This document shows positions 19,292 through 28,500 of a DNA stretch of 64,000 bases, piece by piece. The stretch's first letter is position 1, and every line of letters begins with the position of its first letter. Made by a program: the position numbers and the translations under genes. Below the pieces are notes generated by a model. It saw only the letters and a list, made by a program, of their open reading frames with translations. It was not told where the DNA came from and ran no database searches. Source of the stretch: Armatimonadota bacterium (GTDB taxonomy: Bacteria; Armatimonadota; UBA5829; DTLH01); NCBI GenBank assembly GCA_038207085.1, contig JBBRAE010000001.1, positions 192,001 to 256,000 on the forward strand, given 5' to 3'.

Positions 19292-20536
19292 ATGATCGGA
19301 ACAGGATACCAAGACCGCCAGCTCACCGAGAGCGAGGCGGTCAACCTAATTCGTATAGCTCTTGAAAGCGAGAGCTTCGACGGCAAGCGTGTTCTTATGC
19401 TGCTGCCGGACCACACGCGTTCGGCTCCGGTGCCGATGATGTTCAAGGCGATCTACGAAGCACTGGCGCATCGAACAGCCGCGCTTGACGCTTTGATCGC
19501 TCTTGGAACGCATCCCCCAATGGCCGAAGAGCATATACATCAGCTCGTAGGCATCACGGGCGACGAACACGAGACTAAGTACTCCAAGACTACGTTCTAT
19601 AACCATATGTGGAAAGATCCCGACGCGCTCACGTGCGTTGGAACGATCCCCGAAGACCGAATCTTTGAGATCACCGAGGGAAAGTTCAGGATGCCGGTTG
19701 ATGTGGAGGTCAACAAGCTTCTCCTCGATTACGACCACATCATGATCGTCGGTCCGGTCTTCCCGCACGAAGTCGCGGGGTTCTCCGGTGGAAACAAGTA
19801 TGTCTTCCCTGGAGTCGCAGGTCAGGGGATAATCGACTTCTTCCACTGGCTTGGGGCACTAATCACAAACCCGGTCATCATCGGGACGAAATACACCCCG
19901 GTGCGCGGCGTGATCGACGAGGCTGTGAAGTATGTCCCCACGGAGCGGAGCGCCTTCTCAATGGTGATGCAGGGGCACGACCTGATGGGGATCTACTACG
20001 GTGACGTTGACGAATCGTGGTCAGCTGCCGCCGATCAATCCGACAAGCTCAATATCATCTACAAAGACAAAAGCTTTCACACCGTGCTTTCCCGCGCTCC
20101 TGAGATGTATGACGACCTCTGGACCGGCGGCAAGTGCATGTATAAGCTCGAACCGGTTGTCGCCGACGGCGGCAAGCTCATCATCTACGCGCCGCACATC
20201 ACCGAGATCAGCTATACTCACGGCAAGGTGCTCGACGAGATCGGGTATCATACCCGGGACTACTTCACGGCCCAGTGGGACAAGTTCAAGGACTACCCCT
20301 GGGGCGTCGTAGCCCACTCCACCCACGTCCGAGGCATTGGGATCTACGAAAACGGGGTAGAGAAGCCTCGCGTGGACGTGATACTCGCAACCGGCATCCC
20401 ACAAGAGCGATGCCGACAGGTCAATCTCGGGTACATCAACCCGAAGGACATCAACCCCAGCGACTATATGGACAGGGAAAATGAAGGCGTGCTCTATGTG
20501 CCAAGAGCCGGTGAGATGCTTTACAGACTGAAGTAA
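19292..20536 (+). CDS. LarA-family nickel-pincer racemase/epimerase
   Basis: PDHTRS, ALGTHPP, PHEVAGFSGGNK motifs. Confidence 0.85.
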   Translation: MIGTGYQDRQLTESEAVNLIRIALESESFDGKRVLMLLPDHTRSAPVPMMFKAIYEALAHRTAALDALIALGTHPPMAEEHIHQLVGITGDEHETKYSKTTFYNHMWKDPDALTCVGTIPEDRIFEITEGKFRMPVDVEVNKLLLDYDHIMIVGPVFPHEVAGFSGGNKYVFPGVAGQGIIDFFHWLGALITNPVIIGTKYTPVRGVIDEAVKYVPTERSAFSMVMQGHDLMGIYYGDVDESWSAAADQSDKLNIIYKDKSFHTVLSRAPEMYDDLWTGGKCMYKLEPVVADGGKLIIYAPHITEISYTHGKVLDEIGYHTRDYFTAQWDKFKDYPWGVVAHSTHVRGIGIYENGVEKPRVDVILATGIPQERCRQVNLGYINPKDINPSDYMDRENEGVLYVPRAGEMLYRLK

Positions 20537-20573
20537 CATAGCGATTTGTACGACTTTCAGCAAAGGAGATTCT

Positions 20574-21986
20574 ATGTCTAAAGCAAATATGGGTATGGTC
20601 GGGCTCGGCGTAATGGGCCAGAACCTTGCCCTGAATATGGAAAGCAAAGGCTTCAACGTCTGCGGCTACGACACCTCACGCGAGAAGGTCGATGCGTTCG
20701 TTAACGGCAAAGGCCAGGGCAAGAACGTCTGCGGCGCGTATTCGCTGCAGGAGCTGATCGACTGCCTGGAGAAACCTCGCAGAATTATGATGATGGTGCC
20801 GGCGGGCAAACCAGTTGATGAAGTTATCGACACTCTTGCACCGATGCTTGAGTCGGGCGATATTCTGATCGACGGAGGAAACTCTTACTTCCGAGACACT
20901 ACCCTGCGCACAAAGGCACTTGAGAGCCAGGGTTTGCTCTTCATCGGCACAGGTGTCTCCGGCGGTGAAGAAGGCGCGCTCCGAGGCCCGAGCATTATGC
21001 CCGGCGGCTCGCCTGACGCATGGCCCGCAGTACAGCCGATCCTCCAGAAGATCGCCGCCAAGGTCCCTGATGGCACTCCGTGCTGCCAGTGGGTCGGACG
21101 CGACGGCGCGGGGCATTTCGTCAAGATGATCCACAATGGCATCGAGTACGGCGATATGCAGCTCATCTCCGAAGCCTACTTCATCATGAAAGAGGCGCTC
21201 GGACTCTCAGCCGATGAGCTTCACGAAGTTTTTGCCGAATGGAACAAGGGCGAGCTTTCGAGTTATCTCATCGAGATTACCGCTGATATCTTTACCAAGA
21301 AAGACCCCGACACCGGGCTTCCGGTAGTCGATATCATTCTGGACTCGGCAGGCCAGAAGGGCACAGGAAGCTGGACGAGCCAGATCGCCCTTGAGTTCGG
21401 AGTCGCCGCACCGACGATCGCCGAAGCGGTCTTTGCGCGCTGTATTTCAGCGATCAAGAGCGAGCGGGTTGCGGCCTCCAAAACGCTTTCCGGCCCAGAC
21501 GCTAAGTTTGAAGGCGACAAGAAGCAGTTCATCGAAGATATTCGTCAGACGCTTTACGCATCCAAGATCTGCTCCTATGCTCAGGGTTTCGGCCTTATGC
21601 GCGAGGCTAACAAGGAGTATGATTGGGGTCTCAAGTTCGGCGATATCGCTCTGCTTTGGCGCGCAGGCTGCATCATCCGTGCCGCGTTCCTCGACCCGAT
21701 CAAAGAGGCGTTTGACACCAACCCGGAACTCCCGAACCTCCTGATGGCACCCTACTTCACTGATGCTGTCGATAAGGCGCAGAAGAGTTGGAGAAATGTT
21801 GTCGCCATTGCTGCTCGGCTTGGGATCCCAATCCCTGGATTCAGCTCGGCGCTCGCCTACTTCGACAGCTACAGACGCGACAGGCTCCCTGCGAACCTGA
21901 TTCAGGCGCAGCGCGATTACTTCGGCGCGCACACCTACAAGAGAGTCGACAAAGAAGGCACATTCCACACCGAATGGATCGATTAG
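20574..21986 (+). CDS. gnd: 6-phosphogluconate dehydrogenase, decarboxylating
   Basis: GLGVMG, GVSGGEEGA, HFVKMIHNGIEYGDMQ, QAQRDYFGAHTY. Confidence 0.97.
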   Translation: MSKANMGMVGLGVMGQNLALNMESKGFNVCGYDTSREKVDAFVNGKGQGKNVCGAYSLQELIDCLEKPRRIMMMVPAGKPVDEVIDTLAPMLESGDILIDGGNSYFRDTTLRTKALESQGLLFIGTGVSGGEEGALRGPSIMPGGSPDAWPAVQPILQKIAAKVPDGTPCCQWVGRDGAGHFVKMIHNGIEYGDMQLISEAYFIMKEALGLSADELHEVFAEWNKGELSSYLIEITADIFTKKDPDTGLPVVDIILDSAGQKGTGSWTSQIALEFGVAAPTIAEAVFARCISAIKSERVAASKTLSGPDAKFEGDKKQFIEDIRQTLYASKICSYAQGFGLMREANKEYDWGLKFGDIALLWRAGCIIRAAFLDPIKEAFDTNPELPNLLMAPYFTDAVDKAQKSWRNVVAIAARLGIPIPGFSSALAYFDSYRRDRLPANLIQAQRDYFGAHTYKRVDKEGTFHTEWID

Positions 21987-22246
21987 ACTAGTGGGTCACT
22001 TGGCATGAAATCAGCCATTGTTGGGTGGCAATTTCCGAATCGCCACCCAAAAGCTAAGACGAAATTTCCGAATCCCGAATGGCGTAATGCATGGCAATTG
22101 ACCGACTAGTTGTTAACATAAAGCCCACTCAAGGTAACATAATACCTATTTACTGCAACCTATTTAAAATCCTAAAGCTCAGCACTTGACGAAGCCCTCC
22201 TGGTTGCCGACAATAATGATATAGAACCTGGCAATATTACGGAGGG

Positions 22247-22513
22247 TTGGAAGTGTTAATTACAACAAAGATGCGCTGTTTGTCTAGGACTGCCGTGCTG
22301 TTTGCGGTCGCCGGATTCTGTATGCCGATGCAACTGCATGCAGCAACAGACCCAACCGACATTATGATCAGGGCGCTAGTAAAGATAAGCTTTCCGGGTT
22401 GCAGTTCAACTACGAATGGCGTCGCAGACAGGGCACGCAGCCTAGCTTCGACCAGTTTATTGCACAGATTCAGGCCAGGTTCTAAGGTTGTTGTTTACAA
22501 AAGTCCTCTGTAA
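22247..22513 (+). CDS. Short hypothetical secreted protein or gene remnant
   Basis: GGAGG RBS and signal-peptide-like N-terminus; no recognisable domain. Confidence 0.3.
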   Translation: MEVLITTKMRCLSRTAVLFAVAGFCMPMQLHAATDPTDIMIRALVKISFPGCSSTTNGVADRARSLASTSLLHRFRPGSKVVVYKSPL

Positions 22514-22611
22514 AAGCTCACATTATTAGCCAATTCTGTGTATGAAATGACCGCTAGCGTGGTAGAATATTACTCGGTATCTCAACAATTATGATCGTAT
22601 CGAAGTGAGCT

Positions 22612-23748
22612 ATGAGATTGTTAGCCAAAATCAAACACAGCCATATCTTTCTATCCGCAGCTGCTCTTGCTCTTGCGACAGGCGCTGCCGTCTTTATGAT
22701 AGACGGACAGCCCAGCAGTGGGAGTATGCACGGTTCCGGGACCGCTCGCTGCCAGGACTTGCTGCAGCCTGTTGAGCTTGCGTACCTACCGGAAGCCTTC
22801 TCTGCGCGACTCTTCCCGCTCAGCCCGTTTGCCCGATCACCCCTTGCCAGCAGAGGCCTGTTTTCACTGCAGGGTTACGACGTGAGATCGTTCGCTGACG
22901 TGCTCGTAATCCACGAGATAGACCTACGCAGTGGCCCCGATGAGCTCACCAACGTCGAGCTTGCGAGCGAGGCGGTGGACGGTCACGTTATAGCGCCCTA
23001 TGACACGTTTTCGTTCAACTCCGTCGTCGGAGAGCGTTCAGCCGATCGAGGATTCCGTCCGGGGCTGATGTTTTCTCGCGGAGAGGTCGTCACAGGAGTC
23101 GGTGGTGGCGTCTGCATAGTATCGACTGCGGTTTACAATGCCGCAGTGCGTGCGGGTTATCAAGTTATAGAGCGATACCCACACTCGGGGTGCGTCCGCT
23201 ACGCCGAACCGGGCCTGGACGCGGCGGTTGTTTACGGATGCATGGATATGCGTTTCAAGAACAACACCGGCAACGCCGTCCTTTTGCGGAGCAAGATCGT
23301 CGACGATAAGCTCGTCGTCACGCTTCTGGGTAAGAAGCGGCCTGGACTCACCGTGGAAATAGCTCGCGAGGGGTTCAGAGAGCTTCCGTTCAAGATTGTC
23401 ACGAAAGAGGATCCGACTGTCCCTGAAGGCACGGTGCAGGTCAAGACCCCTGCGAGAACAGGCTTCGAGGCGACGACGATACGTGTCATCAAGCTCGGTG
23501 GCAAGGTCATAAAGCGCGAAGTCCTAAGCGTCGATCACGTCCCGGCCCGCGACAAGATCGTGCTCGTTCCTCCAAAGAATATCGATGAGATGGACAAGCC
23601 TGTCGACTTGAAAGCGACTGAAGACGCCACACGGGTCGAGGCCTCTCAGCCACTTACGGAGCCAGCCAAGGCATCCGACCCGCCGACTTGGACGATGCCG
23701 ACTACTCAGATAGAGCCAGAACTCGACGTTAAACTTGGGACCAAATAA
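22612..23748 (+). CDS. VanW family protein with C-terminal G5 domain
   Basis: FSFNSVVGER, GGGVCIVSTAVYNAA, ERYPHS, PGLDAAV; G5-like EDPTVPEG. Confidence 0.9.
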   Translation: MRLLAKIKHSHIFLSAAALALATGAAVFMIDGQPSSGSMHGSGTARCQDLLQPVELAYLPEAFSARLFPLSPFARSPLASRGLFSLQGYDVRSFADVLVIHEIDLRSGPDELTNVELASEAVDGHVIAPYDTFSFNSVVGERSADRGFRPGLMFSRGEVVTGVGGGVCIVSTAVYNAAVRAGYQVIERYPHSGCVRYAEPGLDAAVVYGCMDMRFKNNTGNAVLLRSKIVDDKLVVTLLGKKRPGLTVEIAREGFRELPFKIVTKEDPTVPEGTVQVKTPARTGFEATTIRVIKLGGKVIKREVLSVDHVPARDKIVLVPPKNIDEMDKPVDLKATEDATRVEASQPLTEPAKASDPPTWTMPTTQIEPELDVKLGTK

Positions 23749-23792
23749 CAAGACGACAAGTAGTCTGAGAGCGTATCTGAGAAATCCCGATT

Positions 23793-23957
23793 GTAGTGGC
23801 CGGTCGCCGTGCCGGCCAGCAGCGCCGAAGGCGCTGCCCTACTCAATTGACACGAAATTCCACCGTTCTCCGGCTCCTTCGGAGCCGATGCCCGCCACAG
23901 CGGACGGCCACTACACTTATCCAGATGGCTGTCAAAGCGGACGGCCACTACACTTAT
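23793..23957. repeat. GTAG-ended REPIN-like element, copy B (23793-23914), plus a duplicated right end (23936-23957)
   Basis: Homologous to 5850-5994; the 22-mer agcggacggccactacacttat occurs at 23899 and 23936. Confidence 0.75.
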
Positions 23958-23968
23958 TAGACACGCTC

Positions 23969-24727
23969 TTAGTCGATCGGCTCAATTTTCCCCATAACAG
24001 GCGACGGATGAAGGACGTACGCGTCAATCACGGCGCTTATACTCGCCGGATACTCACGAATCGGCGCGCGACTGTCTGAGGTCGCGGGAGCCGCAACTCC
24101 GTAAGCTTCGAGACCAACTGAGCGAGCAAGAAATAGCGCCCGAGGCAAATGATACCCCTGCGTTACGATAACGAGCTTGTCGAGCAAAAATATGTTCTTT
24201 GCGCGGTAGACTGAGTCGTAGGTTCTTCGCCCGGCATAATCCATCACCACGTCAGACGAGGGCACACCCTGGGAGACCGCATAATCGGCCATTCTCTGAG
24301 GCTCGTTATAGTTCTGCACGCGGTTGTCGCCCGACATCAGTATCTTCTCGACCCGACCTGCGTTGTAGAGGTCAATTGCGGTGTTTACCCGGTGCCTGAG
24401 TGTCCAGCTAAGCGCGCCGTTTGGCTGCACACCGGCCCCCAGCACCAGCGCGACGTGGTAATTCGGCATCTCCGACATTGTTTTGTAGACCCTATTATTG
24501 GCGGCGGACTGCACTATCACCATACACAGGGCGAGTGCCAGAGAAGCGCCGATTGAGACCACCATAAACCAAGACCGCAGCCGTTTCCAAAGTTTGCGCA
24601 CAGACGCTTTCGCAAACCAACCCGTTTGCCGACTCACTCGGCGTCGCCGGGTTTTTCTAGTGGTCGAATAACTCCTGCTCGCGCTTGTGGTGCGCCGTCT
24701 CCTGTAGCTCGATCGCCTCTTGGCCAT
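23969..24727 (-). CDS. SanA/YdcF (DUF218) family membrane protein with Arg-rich N-terminus
   Basis: LVLGAG, MSGDN, DYAGRRTYDS, TQGYHLPRA, RE motifs. Confidence 0.9.
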   Translation of the reverse strand: MAKRRSSYRRRRTTSASRSYSTTRKTRRRRVSRQTGWFAKASVRKLWKRLRSWFMVVSIGASLALALCMVIVQSAANNRVYKTMSEMPNYHVALVLGAGVQPNGALSWTLRHRVNTAIDLYNAGRVEKILMSGDNRVQNYNEPQRMADYAVSQGVPSSDVVMDYAGRRTYDSVYRAKNIFLLDKLVIVTQGYHLPRALFLARSVGLEAYGVAAPATSDSRAPIREYPASISAVIDAYVLHPSPVMGKIEPID

Positions 24728-24838
24728 CTCTATTCTCCCAAGTCAGTGGATAATTACCTAGAAAGACTATCACTACGCGAGCGAAATGTCTATGCCTGAT
24801 GTGTTAGTGACCCACAAATATGGGAGTCGTCGCAGAGT

Positions 24839-25822
24839 TTAGGCAAGTGGAGCAGTGGCAACACGAGGATCGGATATCGACGCGGCCAATATTTCGGCGT
24901 GAGTCTTGAACGAATCACGAGAGCCTGCGTTTGACTTCGTCATTCCGAGTGCAAAGAGCTTGTTGTCGTAGGCTGCGGCAATTTTCGTGACGAGTTCCAC
25001 GCGGTGCATAACATCACCCTGGCCGTCCCAAAGGCAGTTTACGGTCTCTACCGACAACTCCGGGAGTTTGCAGAACTCGCGGTACAGCCACTTGGATTCA
25101 GGCGCATATCTACGGTTCAGCAAGAAACCAAGACGCATCGCGGCCTCGGCGAACCTCCACCAGGCCATCTGAGCGGTGTAGTAGTCGTCGCGTGCAATCG
25201 CCCTGGGAAGCATATCCTGACCATAACGCCAGCACTCATCGAGCGCATGCGACATTCGCCGCCGCCATGCGTCCTCCGGGTAATATCTAGCAAACCCCTG
25301 CCTGCGGTCCGTCAGCTCCCCTACGGGGTCATAAAAGACCTGACCGTGCGTCACCTCAAAGAGACACGACTCGGGGATTCTTAGCCAATCCAGGGCGGTT
25401 TCTGGCGAGTGTGCGAATCCGGCGAGGTCGCCGCAGCAGGTGTTTGACGCAAAAAACTCGTCGATAGCGAATACGGGGTTGTTGGTCCGACCTGTGCTTC
25501 TGCAGTGAGCGCCCTCATACTGGGTCGGCAGCTCATTCAAAACACATTGGAGGTCGTGCCCGAGGGTTGCGAAGTCGGAACCTGTAAGAAATACCTGGAA
25601 TCGCGGGCCCCAATCGAAATCCCGGGAGACTTCGTCATCGTTTCCCGAGCAGTCCGACCCGGCTGCAATAAGCCCTGCGGCTATGCGATCGACACTCTTT
25701 GGCAGCATGCTTTCAAGTGCCGGAAGCCCTACCTCCCAGAAATATCTGGAGGCTATCTCTATTCCTCTGGCCGATGCGGCGATGCCTTGGTTGGCATTCT
25801 GTCCGATCATTCTCACTTCCAA
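24839..25822 (-). CDS. DUF4037 domain protein (nucleotidyltransferase-like)
   Basis: GSDCSGNDDEVSRDFDWGP, GQVFYDPVG, YAPESKWL. Confidence 0.75.
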   Translation of the reverse strand: MEVRMIGQNANQGIAASARGIEIASRYFWEVGLPALESMLPKSVDRIAAGLIAAGSDCSGNDDEVSRDFDWGPRFQVFLTGSDFATLGHDLQCVLNELPTQYEGAHCRSTGRTNNPVFAIDEFFASNTCCGDLAGFAHSPETALDWLRIPESCLFEVTHGQVFYDPVGELTDRRQGFARYYPEDAWRRRMSHALDECWRYGQDMLPRAIARDDYYTAQMAWWRFAEAAMRLGFLLNRRYAPESKWLYREFCKLPELSVETVNCLWDGQGDVMHRVELVTKIAAAYDNKLFALGMTKSNAGSRDSFKTHAEILAASISDPRVATAPLA

Positions 25823-25968
25823 ACCTCTAGCGTCGGATTAACCCGAACCTGGGAAATCCATATTTCTAGCTTCGAAGCTTCTGCACGCAAAACACCCGTC
25901 AGTGCGGGCTATATTGTTAAGTTAAGCGTACATAAGCGTCTATGTGTTGTGCTCATGTCAAGTTAATA

Positions 25969-25997
25969 GACGAACGAAACGTCCGGTTTGTTCCACA
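25969..25997 (-). promoter_or_regulatory. Putative ECF promoter tgtGGAAC-N17-CGTC
   Basis: Same boxes as the site upstream of the ECF sigma gene. Confidence 0.5.
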
Positions 25998-26081
25998 ACT
26001 GCGGCCTCATGAATAGAATTCTACCCAAATGATTACAATATAAGTGTAAGCACGATGACATATGTAAAGGGGGAAAGCTCG

Positions 26082-26603
26082 ATGAAGACCCGTTTTGCGG
26101 GAATTCTTATCGTAGTCGCGCTGGCAATTCTCACATCAACCCTGGCTTGGGCCGATGCGGACACCCCTACGCGCTATTTTGGTCCGGGGCCCGGATATCC
26201 TGATAACCCCGGCTCGAAATATTTCTACCGGTACTATCCGCCAGATCAATGGCAAAAGTATGGTTATGGTACCGGACACATGGGGGTCGGGTACGGCCCA
26301 TATATTTACGGAGGACAACGACCCTCTCCGGGTGCTCGTGATGCGGCCATCTACGGCCCGTCGCTCATAATCCCGAAGTTCAAGATGGTTGGAAACAGTC
26401 AGGTAATGATCTCCGCTCCTGGCGTGGGAGTTACTGGCCTCACGGTAAATGTCCTCTCGTTCGGGGGAGCTGTGCTGCAAACTGGCTACGTGAACGCGTC
26501 GCCATTCGAGATTGTTGCAAATATTCCTGACGGTGCTACAGTGCTTCAGATTCGTGTCGACACCGTCTCAGGCTTCCGGGCAATGGGGTATTCACTCTAC
26601 TGA
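26082..26603 (+). CDS. Hypothetical secreted protein, Gly/Tyr/Pro-rich N-terminal region
   Basis: Signal peptide MKTRFAGILIVVALAILTSTLAWA; purine-rich RBS. Confidence 0.7.
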   Translation: MKTRFAGILIVVALAILTSTLAWADADTPTRYFGPGPGYPDNPGSKYFYRYYPPDQWQKYGYGTGHMGVGYGPYIYGGQRPSPGARDAAIYGPSLIIPKFKMVGNSQVMISAPGVGVTGLTVNVLSFGGAVLQTGYVNASPFEIVANIPDGATVLQIRVDTVSGFRAMGYSLY

Positions 26604-26755
26604 CTGTAACAAGCGTAGGGCCGGTGAATAATCGTCGCCGGCCCTGTCGGTATTATGCGACTTCGGTTCTTGACATATCCTCGTCTATGGTGCAAAATGT
26701 CTTCGCGACTCTGACGGCGCAATTGCTTGGCACGCGGTCGGTCGCTGGAGGGACC

Positions 26756-27319
26756 ATGATGACTGGTTCGATTAGCATGTTGATTATATTTGGGGTTCTG
26801 GGGCTGGTTGTGTTCTGGGTAATCCTCACTTACAACCGACTTGTGGTGCTCAAAAATGGAATTGAAAACGCGTGGTCGCAGATTGACGTTCAGCTTAGAC
26901 GACGTTTCGACCTGATACCGAATCTCGTTGAGACCGTGAAGGGTTACGCTTCCCACGAAAAAGAGGTCTTTGAGAAGGTTACGCAGGCCCGTGCATCGAT
27001 GGCAAACGCTCAAGGCGTTGCACAGCAGGCCGAAGCTCAGAACCTGATCACCGGAGCGCTGAAGAGCCTCTTTGCGGTAAGCGAGGCTTACCCCGAGCTA
27101 AAAGCAAACGAGAACTTCATGATGCTGCAGGAAGAGCTGTCGGGCACGGAATCGAAGATCGCCTACGCCAGACAGTTCTACAACGACTCTGTGATGTCGT
27201 TCAACACGATGATACAGTCGTTCCCTGCGAACCTGCTCGCTGGCGCATTCGGGTTTGCTGCTAAAGAATACTTCCCTATGGAAGACGTAGCCCGCGAGCC
27301 GGTGAAGGTTCAGTTCTAA
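26756..27319 (+). CDS. lemA: LemA family protein
   Basis: WSQIDVQLRRRFDLIPNLVETVKGY, EAYPELKAN, ARQFYND. Confidence 0.95.
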   Translation: MMTGSISMLIIFGVLGLVVFWVILTYNRLVVLKNGIENAWSQIDVQLRRRFDLIPNLVETVKGYASHEKEVFEKVTQARASMANAQGVAQQAEAQNLITGALKSLFAVSEAYPELKANENFMMLQEELSGTESKIAYARQFYNDSVMSFNTMIQSFPANLLAGAFGFAAKEYFPMEDVAREPVKVQF

Positions 27320-28500
27320 CGGACTATCCCAAGCTCTTTTCCGACCCGGCCAAGGGCATCGAGCGCCCGGTCGAGATGTTCACGCGTATGCTCTGAGGTC
27401 ACAATGGTGCGCACGCGCGACTTCTCCTCCGGGACAGTCGGGTAGCCGATCCCCTGGGCGAACACGCCCTGCTCGAAAAGCCTGTCAGAGAGTCTCATCA
27501 CAAGCTCGCCTCGCCCGACGATGATCGGTGTGATCGGCGTCTCGCTCGATCCTGTGTTGAACCCAAGTGTAGCAAGTTCACTCTTGAAGTAACGGGTATT
27601 CTCCCAAAGCCGCGCTATTCTCTGGGGTTCAGAGAGAAGCACATCGATTGCGGCGATGCAGGTGGCTATGACAGACGGCGGATGCGACGTGCTGAAGAGT
27701 AGTGGTCGAGCGCGGTGGATCATGAGCTCGCGAACCCGTTCGCCGCAGGCCACGTACCCGCCCATCGCCCCTATTGCTTTTGAAAGTGTCCCAACTTGTA
27801 TGTCTACCCGCCCGTGGAGGCCGAAGTGGTCCACCGTCCCGCGGCCGTTTTGCCCCAGTACCCCGCTTGCGTGGGCATCGTCAACCATCAGGATCGCGCC
27901 AAACTCATCAGCAAGGTCAGCAAGAGCAGGAAGCGGGGCGATGTCGCCGTCCATGCTGAACACCCCGTCTGTTACGATCAGCTTCTTGCGATATTCGCCA
28001 GACTCACTCAAAATGGCTCTGAGGGCATCTGTATCGCGGTGCGGAAAGACCTTCCGGGTCGCTTTGGTGAGCCGCAACCCGTCGATGATGCTTGCGTGGT
28101 TGAGCTCGTCGCTGATCGCGAGGTCGCCTTCCTCCAGGATAGACCCAAGCACCGCAAGGTTCGCCACAAACCCGGACTGCAGAACGAGAGAGGTCTCCGT
28201 CTTCTTGAACTCGGCAAGTTTTTGTTCGAGTGTCTCGTGAATCGACATCGTTCCGGCGATTGTTCTGACCGAAGCCGTCCCCACCCCAAGTTCTTCTATC
28301 GCACGGATCGCAGCCTGTTTCAGCCGGGGGTGAGTGGTAAGCCCGAGGTAGTTGTTGGAAGACAGGTTGATGACCTCGCGGCCGTCGAACCTCGACACGG
28401 GCAACTGCTCACCGTCAAGCACCCGCAGACGGCGGTAAAGCCCCTTCTCTTTCAGAGAATCAAGAGTGGCGTCTACGAAATCGAGCGCACGAGCCGTCAC
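27316..28500 (-). CDS. kbl: Glycine C-acetyltransferase (2-amino-3-ketobutyrate CoA ligase)
   Basis: SSNNYLGL, NHASIIDG, DGVFSMDGD, GTLSKA; adjacent to tdh. Confidence 0.9.
   Translation of the reverse strand: MTARALDFVDATLDSLKEKGLYRRLRVLDGEQLPVSRFDGREVINLSSNNYLGLTTHPRLKQAAIRAIEELGVGTASVRTIAGTMSIHETLEQKLAEFKKTETSLVLQSGFVANLAVLGSILEEGDLAISDELNHASIIDGLRLTKATRKVFPHRDTDALRAILSESGEYRKKLIVTDGVFSMDGDIAPLPALADLADEFGAILMVDDAHASGVLGQNGRGTVDHFGLHGRVDIQVGTLSKAIGAMGGYVACGERVRELMIHRARPLLFSTSHPPSVIATCIAAIDVLLSEPQRIARLWENTRYFKSELATLGFNTGSSETPITPIIVGRGELVMRLSDRLFEQGVFAQGIGYPTVPEEKSRVRTIVTSEHTREHLDRALDALGRVGKELGIVR

Noticed and set aside
23899..23957. Mini CRISPR array
   Set aside because: Only two 22-bp repeats with a 15-bp spacer and no cas genes; the repeat is the end of the GTAG element
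22612..24727. Vancomycin resistance locus (VanW, SanA)
   Set aside because: No vanHAX or vanRS; both families are widespread envelope proteins
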